The notes under the pieces were generated by a model, which saw nothing but the letters and a program-made list of their open reading frames with translations, was not told the origin of the DNA and made no database searches. From Euryarchaeota archaeon UBA487 (GTDB lineage Archaea; Thermoplasmatota; Poseidoniia; Poseidoniales; Thalassarchaeaceae), in the NCBI GenBank assembly GCA_002505695.1, contig DAVU01000020.1, forward strand, positions 97,107 to 161,106: DNA of 64,000 nucleotides, given 5' to 3'. A program made the translations under genes and the position numbers. Positions 1 to 8,940 of the stretch are shown piece after piece (the first letter of the stretch is position 1; each line of letters begins with the position of its first letter).

Positions 1-1
1 G

Positions 2-778
2 GGGGCTGCGGCCGGACTAGCTCCTGCATATTCTTTCTCCGCTTATGTGGCAGAAGTAGATGTTGACATAGAGACAGGGCGGATCAAGGTTGAGAAAGTC
101 TGGGCTGCGCACGACTGTGGTAAGGCACTGAATCCACTCTCCGTGGAAGGGCAGATCATCGGATCTTGCCATATGGGTTTGGGACAAGTCATATCTGAGG
201 AAATGAAGTACGGAAGGACAGGCAATCTCCTTAATCCAGACCTATTAGGATACAAGATACCGACCGTTCATGAAATGCCGGAGGTTGTCCCTATCATCGT
301 CGAGTCGAATGATCCAGAGGGGCCTTTTGGTGCCAAAGAGGCTGGGGAAGGCCCTCTCCTACCGATACTCCCAGCAGTTTGTAATGCAGTCTATGACGCC
401 ATCGGGGTAAGGACCAATGAGTTGCCACTAACTCCTGACAGATTGTACAGATCCATAGAGAAAGCATGCAAACAACGGGGCATAAAAGACCCCAGGGATC
501 TCCCTAACCCCTCCCTAGAGCAGACGTCCCTCTCTGATATACTAATTCGCAGAGCAAAAGATCACGCAAAACGTGATAGAGAAAGGCGCTTAAATCCAAA
601 TCCAGATGCCTATTACAACGGGCAGTTGTTCAATCGTCACAACACAGGGCCCCCGGAGGAAAATGATTCGGACTGGACTGTCCAAGTCCTTCCGGATCAA
701 GAATACCTAGAGAATCCAAAACTCGCCGGCAGTGCTTGGTTGCACAAAGAGCGAAGACACATGGAGGGAGTTGAATGA
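2..778 (+). CDS. hcrA: Xanthine dehydrogenase family molybdopterin-binding subunit, 4-hydroxybenzoyl-CoA reductase alpha-like (5' partial)
   Basis: Frame is open from the window start (GAAAGLAPAYSFSAYVAEVDVD). Motifs AHDCGKALNPLSVEGQ and GPFGAKEAGEG; adjacent to an HcrB-like gene. Carries a ~95-aa C-terminal extension. Confidence 0.8.
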   Translation, partial: GAAAGLAPAYSFSAYVAEVDVDIETGRIKVEKVWAAHDCGKALNPLSVEGQIIGSCHMGLGQVISEEMKYGRTGNLLNPDLLGYKIPTVHEMPEVVPIIVESNDPEGPFGAKEAGEGPLLPILPAVCNAVYDAIGVRTNELPLTPDRLYRSIEKACKQRGIKDPRDLPNPSLEQTSLSDILIRRAKDHAKRDRERRLNPNPDAYYNGQLFNRHNTGPPEENDSDWTVQVLPDQEYLENPKLAGSAWLHKERRHMEGVE

Positions 779-1770
779 AGACGCCTGCATTTGAAGTCCA
801 CATGCCAAAAACACTCGATGATGCCCTCGAAACTGCAAAACATTTGCATGATGGCGGACATGATTTTGACTGGATATCGGGAGGTACGGATTTGATTCCA
901 AACTATAAATGGGGAATTAACTCAAAGCCTCACGTCATTTCTATATCCGGAGTTAGTGAACTAAAGGGCATATCTGCAACAAGGATTGGTGCTATGGTAA
1001 GGCTTCAGGACATTGTAGAGTCAACTGTCGCTCATCCTCTGATTGTTGAAGCTGCGGGGACAATCGCGAGCGTGATGATTCGAAGATCTGGCACACTAGG
1101 AGGGAACCTGTGCTTGGACACCCGGTGTTTCTGGCTGAACCAATCTGAAACTTGGAGGAAATCCATAGATTACTGCCACAAGTGCGATGAGGGCACTGGT
1201 GCAGATTGCAGAGTGATTCCAAATCAGAATGAGCTATGCGTCGCAACTTATCAGGGCGATCTTGCTCCAGCATTGATGTGCTTGGATGCCAGAATTCATC
1301 TGGCATCTCACAGAGGTACTCGAAGCATGCTACTGGAAGATTTCTTCCAAGAGGATGGCATAACGAGGAACGTCTTGGAAACTGGGGAAATAGTAACACA
1401 CATCCAACTTCCGGAGAATTCCGCCAACTTTGTTGGCTCGTACCAGAAACTTCGACTGCGAGAGGCGTGGGATTTTCCTGAAGGAGGAGTTGCCTTTTCT
1501 GTGGGAATTTCAGATGATGGGACTGTATCAACAATCAATATGGCCAGCACGGGATTCGAGAGCATCCCCCGGAAGCACATAGAATTGATCGAAACCCTCG
1601 ATAAGGGTCCCAATTGGGCCCTCGAAGCAGAGCGACTGGGGGCAGAACTCAAGAGAGCGGTGCGACCCGTACTGAATACGTGGTTCCCTCCAGCATATCG
1701 AAAGAAAATGGCCCCCGTATTGGCCAGAAGAGCGATGGAAGAGACCTCAAAAAGAGTTACATCTGGCTAG
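775..1770 (+). CDS. hcrB: FAD-binding subunit with [4Fe-4S] insertion, 4-hydroxybenzoyl-CoA reductase beta-like
   Basis: SGGTDL FAD motif, TLGGNLCLDTRC and the Cys-rich insert C-x15-C-x2-C-x7-C-x9-C followed by ATYQGDLAPAL. ATGA overlap with the upstream gene. Confidence 0.82.
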   Translation: MKTPAFEVHMPKTLDDALETAKHLHDGGHDFDWISGGTDLIPNYKWGINSKPHVISISGVSELKGISATRIGAMVRLQDIVESTVAHPLIVEAAGTIASVMIRRSGTLGGNLCLDTRCFWLNQSETWRKSIDYCHKCDEGTGADCRVIPNQNELCVATYQGDLAPALMCLDARIHLASHRGTRSMLLEDFFQEDGITRNVLETGEIVTHIQLPENSANFVGSYQKLRLREAWDFPEGGVAFSVGISDDGTVSTINMASTGFESIPRKHIELIETLDKGPNWALEAERLGAELKRAVRPVLNTWFPPAYRKKMAPVLARRAMEETSKRVTSG

Positions 1771-2672
1771 TTGCAACTATCATTCTAGCACTCTCTAGCT
1801 TGAATTCTGTAGTGGGACAGGACGGCCCGGGAGCCTGGTCTGTTTCAATTTCCGACGAAAACGGAGAGGTTCAGAAAATCACACTTTCAGATAAAGGCGG
1901 CGCCTCTATTCCGATTTTGGTCGAAAATAACGGCATCACCAGCATAACAGTCTCATTGGATTGTACATCTCCCTTCGATGCTCAGGTGTCCTGCCCGGGA
2001 GATGTCACCGTGACGGCAGGAGAGAATACCACTGTCTACGGCGTCGTAAGCGATGTGGATGTGCTGAATTACGCTGCAAGCACCAGTGAGCTATTCGAGG
2101 TGACTGGGACGGTTATCGCAAGACAGGGAGTCCCTATTGCCCTTCCAGGGGAGACTGCTTCGGACGATGTTCAGTTGGAGATACCGGAGGTTTTCAACTT
2201 GGAAGTTCGGATCGACGACCCTGTCGGGCCGATGAACGCGGGGGCGGACACGATTCTCAGAGTTTTTGTCCAGAACAATGGGAACATCGCGGATAGGGTT
2301 TCCGAAACCGATGTCTCCGTGGACTGCACACTGATTACGGTCGGGACTCAGACCTCTGAAATAACCAACAAGGAGATTGCGTCGGGGGCTACAATCACTG
2401 CAAACCTGGTATTTGAGGCCGCACTTAGCCACCCCTCCAGATCCTGCGACGTGGATATTCAAATCGTTTCCCAAGGTTCCGACGGCAGCCAAACATCAAG
2501 TGATTCCACTCGTATAGAAGTACAGGCCGCCACGGGAGAAAGTGGGGACAAGGAGCCGGTCGATGACGGGTCAGGGACTGTCGAAGTTGTAACTACGGGA
2601 CTTCCACACATCGGGATATTAGGTACAGGCACGTCATTGTTGATTGCAGCTTTTGTGCGTAGGAAAGTGTGA
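1680..2672 (+). CDS. Secreted/surface Ig-like protein with C-terminal PGF-CTERM-like anchor (start uncertain)
   Basis: Signal peptide KKSYIWLVATIILALSSLNSVVG, two NxG-type Ig/CARDB-like repeats (VENNG, VQNNGN), acidic linker, C-terminal LPHIG + TM + RRKV. The nearest in-frame start is GTG at 1680. Confidence 0.7.
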   Translation: MVPSSISKENGPRIGQKSDGRDLKKSYIWLVATIILALSSLNSVVGQDGPGAWSVSISDENGEVQKITLSDKGGASIPILVENNGITSITVSLDCTSPFDAQVSCPGDVTVTAGENTTVYGVVSDVDVLNYAASTSELFEVTGTVIARQGVPIALPGETASDDVQLEIPEVFNLEVRIDDPVGPMNAGADTILRVFVQNNGNIADRVSETDVSVDCTLITVGTQTSEITNKEIASGATITANLVFEAALSHPSRSCDVDIQIVSQGSDGSQTSSDSTRIEVQAATGESGDKEPVDDGSGTVEVVTTGLPHIGILGTGTSLLIAAFVRRKV

Positions 2673-2786
2673 AATCTGTTCAAAATTCCTCTTTGCATTC
2701 AAGATCGACTTTCAGCAACCTATAACACCTCGCGAATGCCGCAAAGCCTTGTCGGCCTCCTTGGGGGGCCAGCGTAGGCGATTATA

Positions 2787-4409
2787 ATGGCCAGGACAGA
2801 CAGCGATGCAGAGCGGTTCAACAGAATCGTGGTTTGGTCACTTGCAGTCACTGCCGTTTTGTTGTTGGTTCTTCCAATGTTCTTCGTTTTATCAAACGAA
2901 ACATATTATTCTGCGTATGTCGAAGGCGGAGACACCGACGAAGAGAAATTTGCTCAACTATCGACGATGAGATCCACGCTCATGGAAAATCTCGATAAAG
3001 GCAACGGAGAGGTTTCTTTGGGCTATGACGTTGCAAACACCATCTCTACACCCATGCTCGTCAACGATTGGAGGGATCCGCACAGAAGCATGTTGGTCAT
3101 AGTAGGGCCCGAAAAGCCAATCGACCAAACCGAAGCACGGGCGATTCACAACTTTGTCACAGAGTCTGGTGGAAAGGTGATCGTGGCTGCTGAAAACTCT
3201 AACGCAAACGAATTGGCATCATTGTTCGGGGTGACTTTTTTTGACGACCCTCTACATGATGAGAATCAACATTTCCTTATCTACAACGATGATGGTGAGC
3301 CTTATTCTCCATCATGGAGGAACGTATGGTCTGCTGCTTCAGTAAACCAGGACGTGGAATCTATGCAACCCGCCTACCTCAGCCAAGTTTGTACAGACGA
3401 TCAGATTAGGAACAACCTGATGACAAATTGTAGACTGCCTGTTATGTTTAGATCGCCCACTGGCATGAAATTTGAGCCAACTGACTTGGACGAGACCGAC
3501 CCGGATCACAGGAGTGTAAAGGTATTAGCAAGAGCCTCCTCTGGTGCTTTCATTGATGTGGCCAGGACGGGAGATGCAGGAGATTACAGGAATCCTGCAC
3601 CAGGGGACCTAGCACTGGTCATCCGAGCCGATTATCCTGTGAAAGCTTTTGATAAACCACAAGAAAGTCAGGGTGGTTTCGTCGGCACCACTGAGGTCGC
3701 GGAGGTAGATGTCACCGGGAGCATAACCTTTGTCGCTGATGATGAGGCCTTCTCAAACATGCTGTGGGATCTCCAACAAGCCCAGACCCAAGGAATAAGA
3801 TCCAATTGTGACACGGTGAATTCATGTTGGTTGGATGTCCTTCCCGAAGGACAATGGAATGGAAATTCTGCATATTTCTCGGCTCTAATTTTTGACATGA
3901 TGGAGCACAGGAATCCAGAATTATCCTCAACTTTCAGAGATGACAAATCCCAATACCAAATTGTCTTTGATGAAAGCAGACACTCAACAGGCAGATTGTC
4001 AGCGCCTTTCGTAGAAACGATGGGCACAGTGGTTTTACTTACCTCAAACCCATTCCTCAAGTGGCTTGTGGTTTTGAACGTAGGATTGTTGTTGCTAGTT
4101 TCAATGATGGTTGTCCCACAGAAAGAGAACTGGAGACATGTGTTCGACCTCACTAGATTCAAAGAAAGGCCTGGCAAATTAGATCCCTCAACATACAGGG
4201 AAAGGGTTCAACAAGCGTTGTTTACAAAAGTCAGAGTTCACTATGACCTAACAAGGGATCAACTGGCTCTTAAGCCTCCGTCAGAAGTGCAAGACATGAT
4301 CAATGATCCCAAACTTGTAGAGTTGGCATACAGCCAATCTCGCGTTTACCAGTCCCAAGAATTGCGACAGTTGATGGTCGCTATACGTAAATGGGGAAAG
4401 CCAAACTGA
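2787..4409 (+). CDS. DUF4350-like membrane-anchored protein (MoxR operon)
   Basis: N-terminal TM, GATase-like fold motif (LVIVGPEKPI...FVTESGGKVIVAAE; ADDEAFSN; VFDESRH), C-terminal TM; lies upstream of MoxR. Confidence 0.7.
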   Translation: MARTDSDAERFNRIVVWSLAVTAVLLLVLPMFFVLSNETYYSAYVEGGDTDEEKFAQLSTMRSTLMENLDKGNGEVSLGYDVANTISTPMLVNDWRDPHRSMLVIVGPEKPIDQTEARAIHNFVTESGGKVIVAAENSNANELASLFGVTFFDDPLHDENQHFLIYNDDGEPYSPSWRNVWSAASVNQDVESMQPAYLSQVCTDDQIRNNLMTNCRLPVMFRSPTGMKFEPTDLDETDPDHRSVKVLARASSGAFIDVARTGDAGDYRNPAPGDLALVIRADYPVKAFDKPQESQGGFVGTTEVAEVDVTGSITFVADDEAFSNMLWDLQQAQTQGIRSNCDTVNSCWLDVLPEGQWNGNSAYFSALIFDMMEHRNPELSSTFRDDKSQYQIVFDESRHSTGRLSAPFVETMGTVVLLTSNPFLKWLVVLNVGLLLLVSMMVVPQKENWRHVFDLTRFKERPGKLDPSTYRERVQQALFTKVRVHYDLTRDQLALKPPSEVQDMINDPKLVELAYSQSRVYQSQELRQLMVAIRKWGKPN

Positions 4410-4428
4410 AGATACAGGAGTGAATGAT

Positions 4429-5493
4429 ATGTCAGATACACCACCGCCGCCAGCCAGTACAAAAAACAAAGGGAAGAATGCAGATAAAATCGAAGAGGGC
4501 TATGCCAAAAAGGCAGCAGAAGCACGAGGGGGGGAGAAAGTAAGTGATCGCCTTACGGCAGTTAGCGCCATCGCTAAGGCTATCTCAGGCGAGGTTCAAA
4601 AGGTAATTATCGGAAAGTCGCACGTAATCGACAACGTTCTGATCAACATTTTATCTAACGGAAACTTACTTTTCGAGGACTATCCTGGTCTCGCAAAGAC
4701 CCTGATGACGAACACCTTCGCTGACGCGCTAGGCTGCGACTTCAAGAGGGTTCAATTCACGCCAGACCTGCTGCCTGCTGACATCACGGGAACTAACATC
4801 TATGATGCCAAGAAAGGTGAGTTCACATTCAAGCCCGGACCAATTTTTTGCAACCTGCTCCTGTCAGACGAGATCAACCGGGCACCTCCAAAGACACAAG
4901 CTGCTCTGCTGGAAGCCATGCAAGAAAAGCAGGTCACCATTGGGACTGTGACCCACAAACTGCCCGCGCCTTTCCTAACAATGGCCACACAGAATCCGGT
5001 CGAACAAGAAGGTACGTACCCTCTACCAGAGGCCCAGTTGGACAGATTCATGTTCAAGATGAGCGTTGGATATCCCGACAGGGGAGACGAAGACGAGATT
5101 CTCGCAAGGCGAATAGAGCGGAAGAAAGACGATGTCGATGTTGAGGTCATTACCGACCCATCGCGAGTTGTCGCGATGCAAGAAGCGATAGAGGACGTAT
5201 ACGTTGATCCTGCAGTTAGGATGTATATGGTTGAGGTAGTGTCGAGGACGAGAGAGGACCCCCGTGTCTTGGTAGGGTCCTCACCGCGTGGATCCCAAGC
5301 ATTGCTCAAGACCTCTCGTGCTGCTGCTGCAATGCGAGGTCGAGATTTCGTCACGCCTGATGATGTCAAATCCGTCGCGACGCTGGCTGTATCTCACAGA
5401 CTCATATTGAAGCCGGAGCATCAAATTAAGGGGCTCGAGACTGAAGAAGTTGTGCGTGATATACTGAACCAAGTTCCCGTGCCAACTGTTTGA
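4429..5493 (+). CDS. moxR: MoxR family AAA+ ATPase
   Basis: EDYPGLAKT Walker A, RVQFTPDLLPADITG, DEINRAPPKTQAALLEAMQE, ATQNPVEQEGTYPLPEAQLDRF. GGAGTGA SD before ATG 4429. Confidence 0.95.
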   Translation: MSDTPPPPASTKNKGKNADKIEEGYAKKAAEARGGEKVSDRLTAVSAIAKAISGEVQKVIIGKSHVIDNVLINILSNGNLLFEDYPGLAKTLMTNTFADALGCDFKRVQFTPDLLPADITGTNIYDAKKGEFTFKPGPIFCNLLLSDEINRAPPKTQAALLEAMQEKQVTIGTVTHKLPAPFLTMATQNPVEQEGTYPLPEAQLDRFMFKMSVGYPDRGDEDEILARRIERKKDDVDVEVITDPSRVVAMQEAIEDVYVDPAVRMYMVEVVSRTREDPRVLVGSSPRGSQALLKTSRAAAAMRGRDFVTPDDVKSVATLAVSHRLILKPEHQIKGLETEEVVRDILNQVPVPTV

Positions 5494-5550
5494 TGTTTTA
5501 CATGACCGAGGTAGGGGGGATTTACACTGGCGTGGAGCAGAAAGTCAGCA

Positions 5551-6846
5551 ATGTTTGCATCTCTGGCTATTGGGCTCTACCTGCTTGGGCTTGTTCTAAG
5601 GAATCAACAACTTGTCACCGTCGCAGTTGTTCTGCTATCATTCCTGACTTACGCTGCATTCAGAACTACTCACGCAGATGTTGCATCATCGGGGAGAAGG
5701 CTAGAGGATAACGAATCAGACGAGGGGATACAACTCGGAGGAATCTCGGCCCTTAGAAAAGTGTCCTCTTCAAGAGTCTTTGAGGACGGAGAGATTGACG
5801 TAGTGCTCAGAATACAAAATAGGACCCCCATGGCGAAAATCGTCGAAGTCAGGGACAGAGTCCCTGAAGTCATGCGAATAAAAAAAGGGGCAAACTACGT
5901 CTTGATGGAACTTGGAGGGAGAAGAGAGACAGAGATATCTTACACCATTGAAGCCCCTCTGAGGGGATTCTACACCATTGGCCCAGTCTGTGTTCGAATA
6001 CAGGATACTTTCGGTCTTTTTCACAATGAGCGTGAGATACAGCTGTACGATGATTTCCTAGTTTTCCCCAAAATGGAAGATATCAAGGATGCGATGATAA
6101 AAAGTAAGGTCCCTAAAATTTTCACAGGTGCTGTAAACATAAGGAATCCCGGGGAAGGATCCAATTTCTACAATCTCAGGGAGTATATACCAGGGGATCC
6201 CATGAAGAAAGTAAACTGGAACGCGACCGCAAGAAGTGGTGGCAAGATGATGGTGAATGAATACGAGAGAGATGCTGTCAGTGACATTATCCTAATTGTT
6301 GACAGTCGCTCAATAAGTGAAACGGGCCCTGTTAGCCGAAACTCACTTGTGTACAGCACGAGAGCTGCTGCAAGTTTGGCCCAGCATTTCCTTGCTAGGC
6401 GTGACTCAGTTGGTCTTGTAACCTATGGTGACGAGATTGTCTCGGTAGACAGGGACACTGGGAAAAAGCAGCTCTACGTCATCCTGACTAAACTGGCTGG
6501 AGCAGTTGCAAAGGGGAACACACCCCTGAGAGTGGTGACTAATAGGTTGATGCCGCACATAAACAGAGGTAGTCCGATCATTATCCTGAGCCCGCTGGAA
6601 GACGACCCGACCATAATCGACGCCGTGAGAGATCTCCGTGCTAGGAATTTCATGGTGACAATACTCTCCCCCAGCAGCATAGATTTTGAGTTCGACGCGA
6701 GAAGGCTTGATCCAGTTGGATATGAGCTGCTAAAGACAGAGAGGGATATCTTGATGACAGAAATAAGAGGGTTGGGGGCGAATATCATGGATTGGGAGCC
6801 GGAGATGCTACTAGTCACAGCACTGGCAGGTGCCAGAGGATACTGA
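5551..6846 (+). CDS. DUF58 domain protein (vWA-like, MoxR-associated)
   Basis: LREYIPGDPMKKVNWNATAR DUF58 motif, RGFYTIGP, D-x-R-S MIDAS-like segment, N-terminal TMs. A possible CTG start lies at 5527. Confidence 0.9.
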   Translation: MFASLAIGLYLLGLVLRNQQLVTVAVVLLSFLTYAAFRTTHADVASSGRRLEDNESDEGIQLGGISALRKVSSSRVFEDGEIDVVLRIQNRTPMAKIVEVRDRVPEVMRIKKGANYVLMELGGRRETEISYTIEAPLRGFYTIGPVCVRIQDTFGLFHNEREIQLYDDFLVFPKMEDIKDAMIKSKVPKIFTGAVNIRNPGEGSNFYNLREYIPGDPMKKVNWNATARSGGKMMVNEYERDAVSDIILIVDSRSISETGPVSRNSLVYSTRAAASLAQHFLARRDSVGLVTYGDEIVSVDRDTGKKQLYVILTKLAGAVAKGNTPLRVVTNRLMPHINRGSPIIILSPLEDDPTIIDAVRDLRARNFMVTILSPSSIDFEFDARRLDPVGYELLKTERDILMTEIRGLGANIMDWEPEMLLVTALAGARGY

Positions 6847-6855
6847 GGTGGAAAG

Positions 6856-7782
6856 ATGTCAAAAGGATCTAGCACGGATACTTCACATCTATATGATGGA
6901 AAAAGCGTAAGATCGTCTGCCCCCAGCAGAAAAAAAGCGGCCGGCCGAGTCACACAATCCACATCCATACCAAGGGATGCCATCCCAGAAACTAAGATTC
7001 CAACTTGGGTGGAATCATTTTTTGGAGGCCCTCTTGTTCCCTCTGTCAGATTCTTGAGCCCTAACAAGACTGTTGTTAGGCTTCAGATGGCTTCAGTGAC
7101 AACGTTGATTCTCCTTGGTTTAGTAACCTTCGTCATAACACCTTCCTCGGGGACGGTATGGTTTTGGCTCTCCAATCTTGTTGGGGTACCTTTCTTCAGT
7201 GGACTCATTCACTATCTCCTGTTGATTGGAGGAGTTCTGATTGGAGCCTACGGGGTAATTCAAAGAGATCAACGAATGATATTGTTGTCCCAAGTAGCTA
7301 TGATTTTGATTACTGTAAGATTCGCTGGTAGCAAGGTCGAGTTCGCAATGGCGGCTTTGGACGTTGACAGTGAATTCATACAGAAATTATTGTTAATTTT
7401 CTATGCTCTTTTCCTAGTGATGTACATTGAGCTCTCGTCGGGCGTAATCCGCTTCTCTATGCTTGACACTTCAATCAGGACTCGTGAAGTGTATGTGATG
7501 GGGCAAGAAAGAATAATTCAGAAATACAACAGATCTCTTGGGACCACGCCATTGATCGCAGGATTTGTAGCCTTGATCACACTTTTGATTAACGTAATCA
7601 TTCCAGCTATAATTGGAATCTTCGACCAGGTCTCCTCAAACAGACTTAGTGAGAGCGTCGAATTAACCAGTGTTTACGGGGTTGCGTTAGGCACTGCTAT
7701 GGTCTTTGGCCTCATTGCCATATCTTTCAGTGTGAACCTACCTGCAAGAATACAAAAATTCCAAGAAGGTCGTGCTGAATAA
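6856..7782 (+). CDS. Polytopic membrane protein of unknown function (MoxR operon)
   Basis: About 6 hydrophobic segments; GAGGTGG SD; co-oriented, 9 nt after the DUF58 gene. Confidence 0.75.
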   Translation: MSKGSSTDTSHLYDGKSVRSSAPSRKKAAGRVTQSTSIPRDAIPETKIPTWVESFFGGPLVPSVRFLSPNKTVVRLQMASVTTLILLGLVTFVITPSSGTVWFWLSNLVGVPFFSGLIHYLLLIGGVLIGAYGVIQRDQRMILLSQVAMILITVRFAGSKVEFAMAALDVDSEFIQKLLLIFYALFLVMYIELSSGVIRFSMLDTSIRTREVYVMGQERIIQKYNRSLGTTPLIAGFVALITLLINVIIPAIIGIFDQVSSNRLSESVELTSVYGVALGTAMVFGLIAISFSVNLPARIQKFQEGRAE

Positions 7783-7848
7783 TTGGCCTTACCACACCAA
7801 GGCAGATTATTTTCCACTGTAATGTTCATGCCAATAAACAGTAGGATT

Positions 7849-8940
7849 CTATTCTTGTTTTGCCATCTCAATTAGATCGGCGATCACCAAAACCGCTGAT
7901 GCTTCTACGACTGGGACTGCCCTAGGCCCGATTACCGGATCGTGCCGTCCTTTGATTTTTAGGGGGGTTTTTGCTCCGCTTGGAAGGTGAAGGGTTGTCT
8001 GTGTTTTTGAGATGCTGCTGGGTGGTTTGAAGTGGACCACCATACGGAGGAGGGCACCAGTTGATCTTCCTCCCAAGGCTCCATCAGGAAGGTTTCCGGA
8101 GTCAGAGGCAGGAGAAACCTGTCCTGCCTGTATTGTCCAAGTATCATTGTGTTCTGACCCCTTCATTGTTGATGACTGGAAGCCCTTGCTGAACTCTACT
8201 GCCCTGGCGCCAGGTATTGCCATCATCACCCGCGCTAATGCAGGTTCGAGGCCATCAAACCATGGCTCTCCTATGCCCATGGGCAAACCCTCGATCACAC
8301 ATTCCACTGTGGACCCGATTGAATCACCTGATTTTCTGGTTAGTTCTATCTCCTCAGAGAAAACTGGTGCCATCACAGAGTCGTAGCAATTCAATCTAAG
8401 CATGTCATCGCTTTGAACGGTAGAATCCCAATTTAGGTTCACCAGAGAATCTGCATATTTGTCTCCTACAGAGTAAAGCCCAGCCTTGATGCTTACGTTC
8501 TCTGCAGAAATAAGTTGTCTCACTTGACTTGCTGCTGCCACCAATCCAAGTGTCAATCTGGCGGATTGGGAGCCGCCGCCTCGCAAATCCGTGGATCCTC
8601 CTGACCTTTCAATCTCTACCATGTCTGCATGCCCAGGTCTTGGGTGGTCTGGTAGAAATCCGTAATCTTTGGATCTTGCATCGTCATTCTTGGCAATCAG
8701 TAGGATGGGCCATCCAGTGGCTACCCCCTCATGGACGCCAGACATAATCTCACATTCATCTGATTCCGACCGCCTACTCATCCCCTTTCTACCTGGTTTT
8801 CGCTTTTCTATCTCTTCGATTAGTGAATCGTAATCGATAGGGGTTCCAGGAGGGATGCCTTCGAGAAGAGCGCCCACACACTGCCCATGACTTTCGCCAA
8901 AGAGCGTGATGCGAATCTTGTTTCCGAATGCCATGCCCAT
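7849..8940 (-). CDS. aroC: Chorismate synthase
   Basis: FGESHG, RPGHAD, RGGGSQSARLT, FKPPSSI, GRHDPVI motifs; TAATG coupling to aroK. Confidence 0.95.
   Translation of the reverse strand: MGMAFGNKIRITLFGESHGQCVGALLEGIPPGTPIDYDSLIEEIEKRKPGRKGMSRRSESDECEIMSGVHEGVATGWPILLIAKNDDARSKDYGFLPDHPRPGHADMVEIERSGGSTDLRGGGSQSARLTLGLVAAASQVRQLISAENVSIKAGLYSVGDKYADSLVNLNWDSTVQSDDMLRLNCYDSVMAPVFSEEIELTRKSGDSIGSTVECVIEGLPMGIGEPWFDGLEPALARVMMAIPGARAVEFSKGFQSSTMKGSEHNDTWTIQAGQVSPASDSGNLPDGALGGRSTGALLRMVVHFKPPSSISKTQTTLHLPSGAKTPLKIKGRHDPVIGPRAVPVVEASAVLVIADLIEMAKQE

Noticed and set aside
2754-2770. GGCCTCC-TTG-GGGGGCC hairpin before the DUF4350 gene
   Set aside because: Single 7-bp stem with no U-tract and no second copy noticed; not enough to call a terminator or RNA element.
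4800-5369. Long antisense ORFs (e.g. 4800-5369, 6474-7067, 56622-57242, 3668-4177)
   Set aside because: S/T/P-rich shadow frames opposite conserved genes, expected from codon bias.
5490-5711. 73-aa + strand ORF overlapping the moxR stop and DUF58 start
   Set aside because: Alternate frame over a well-supported gene; no recognisable motif.
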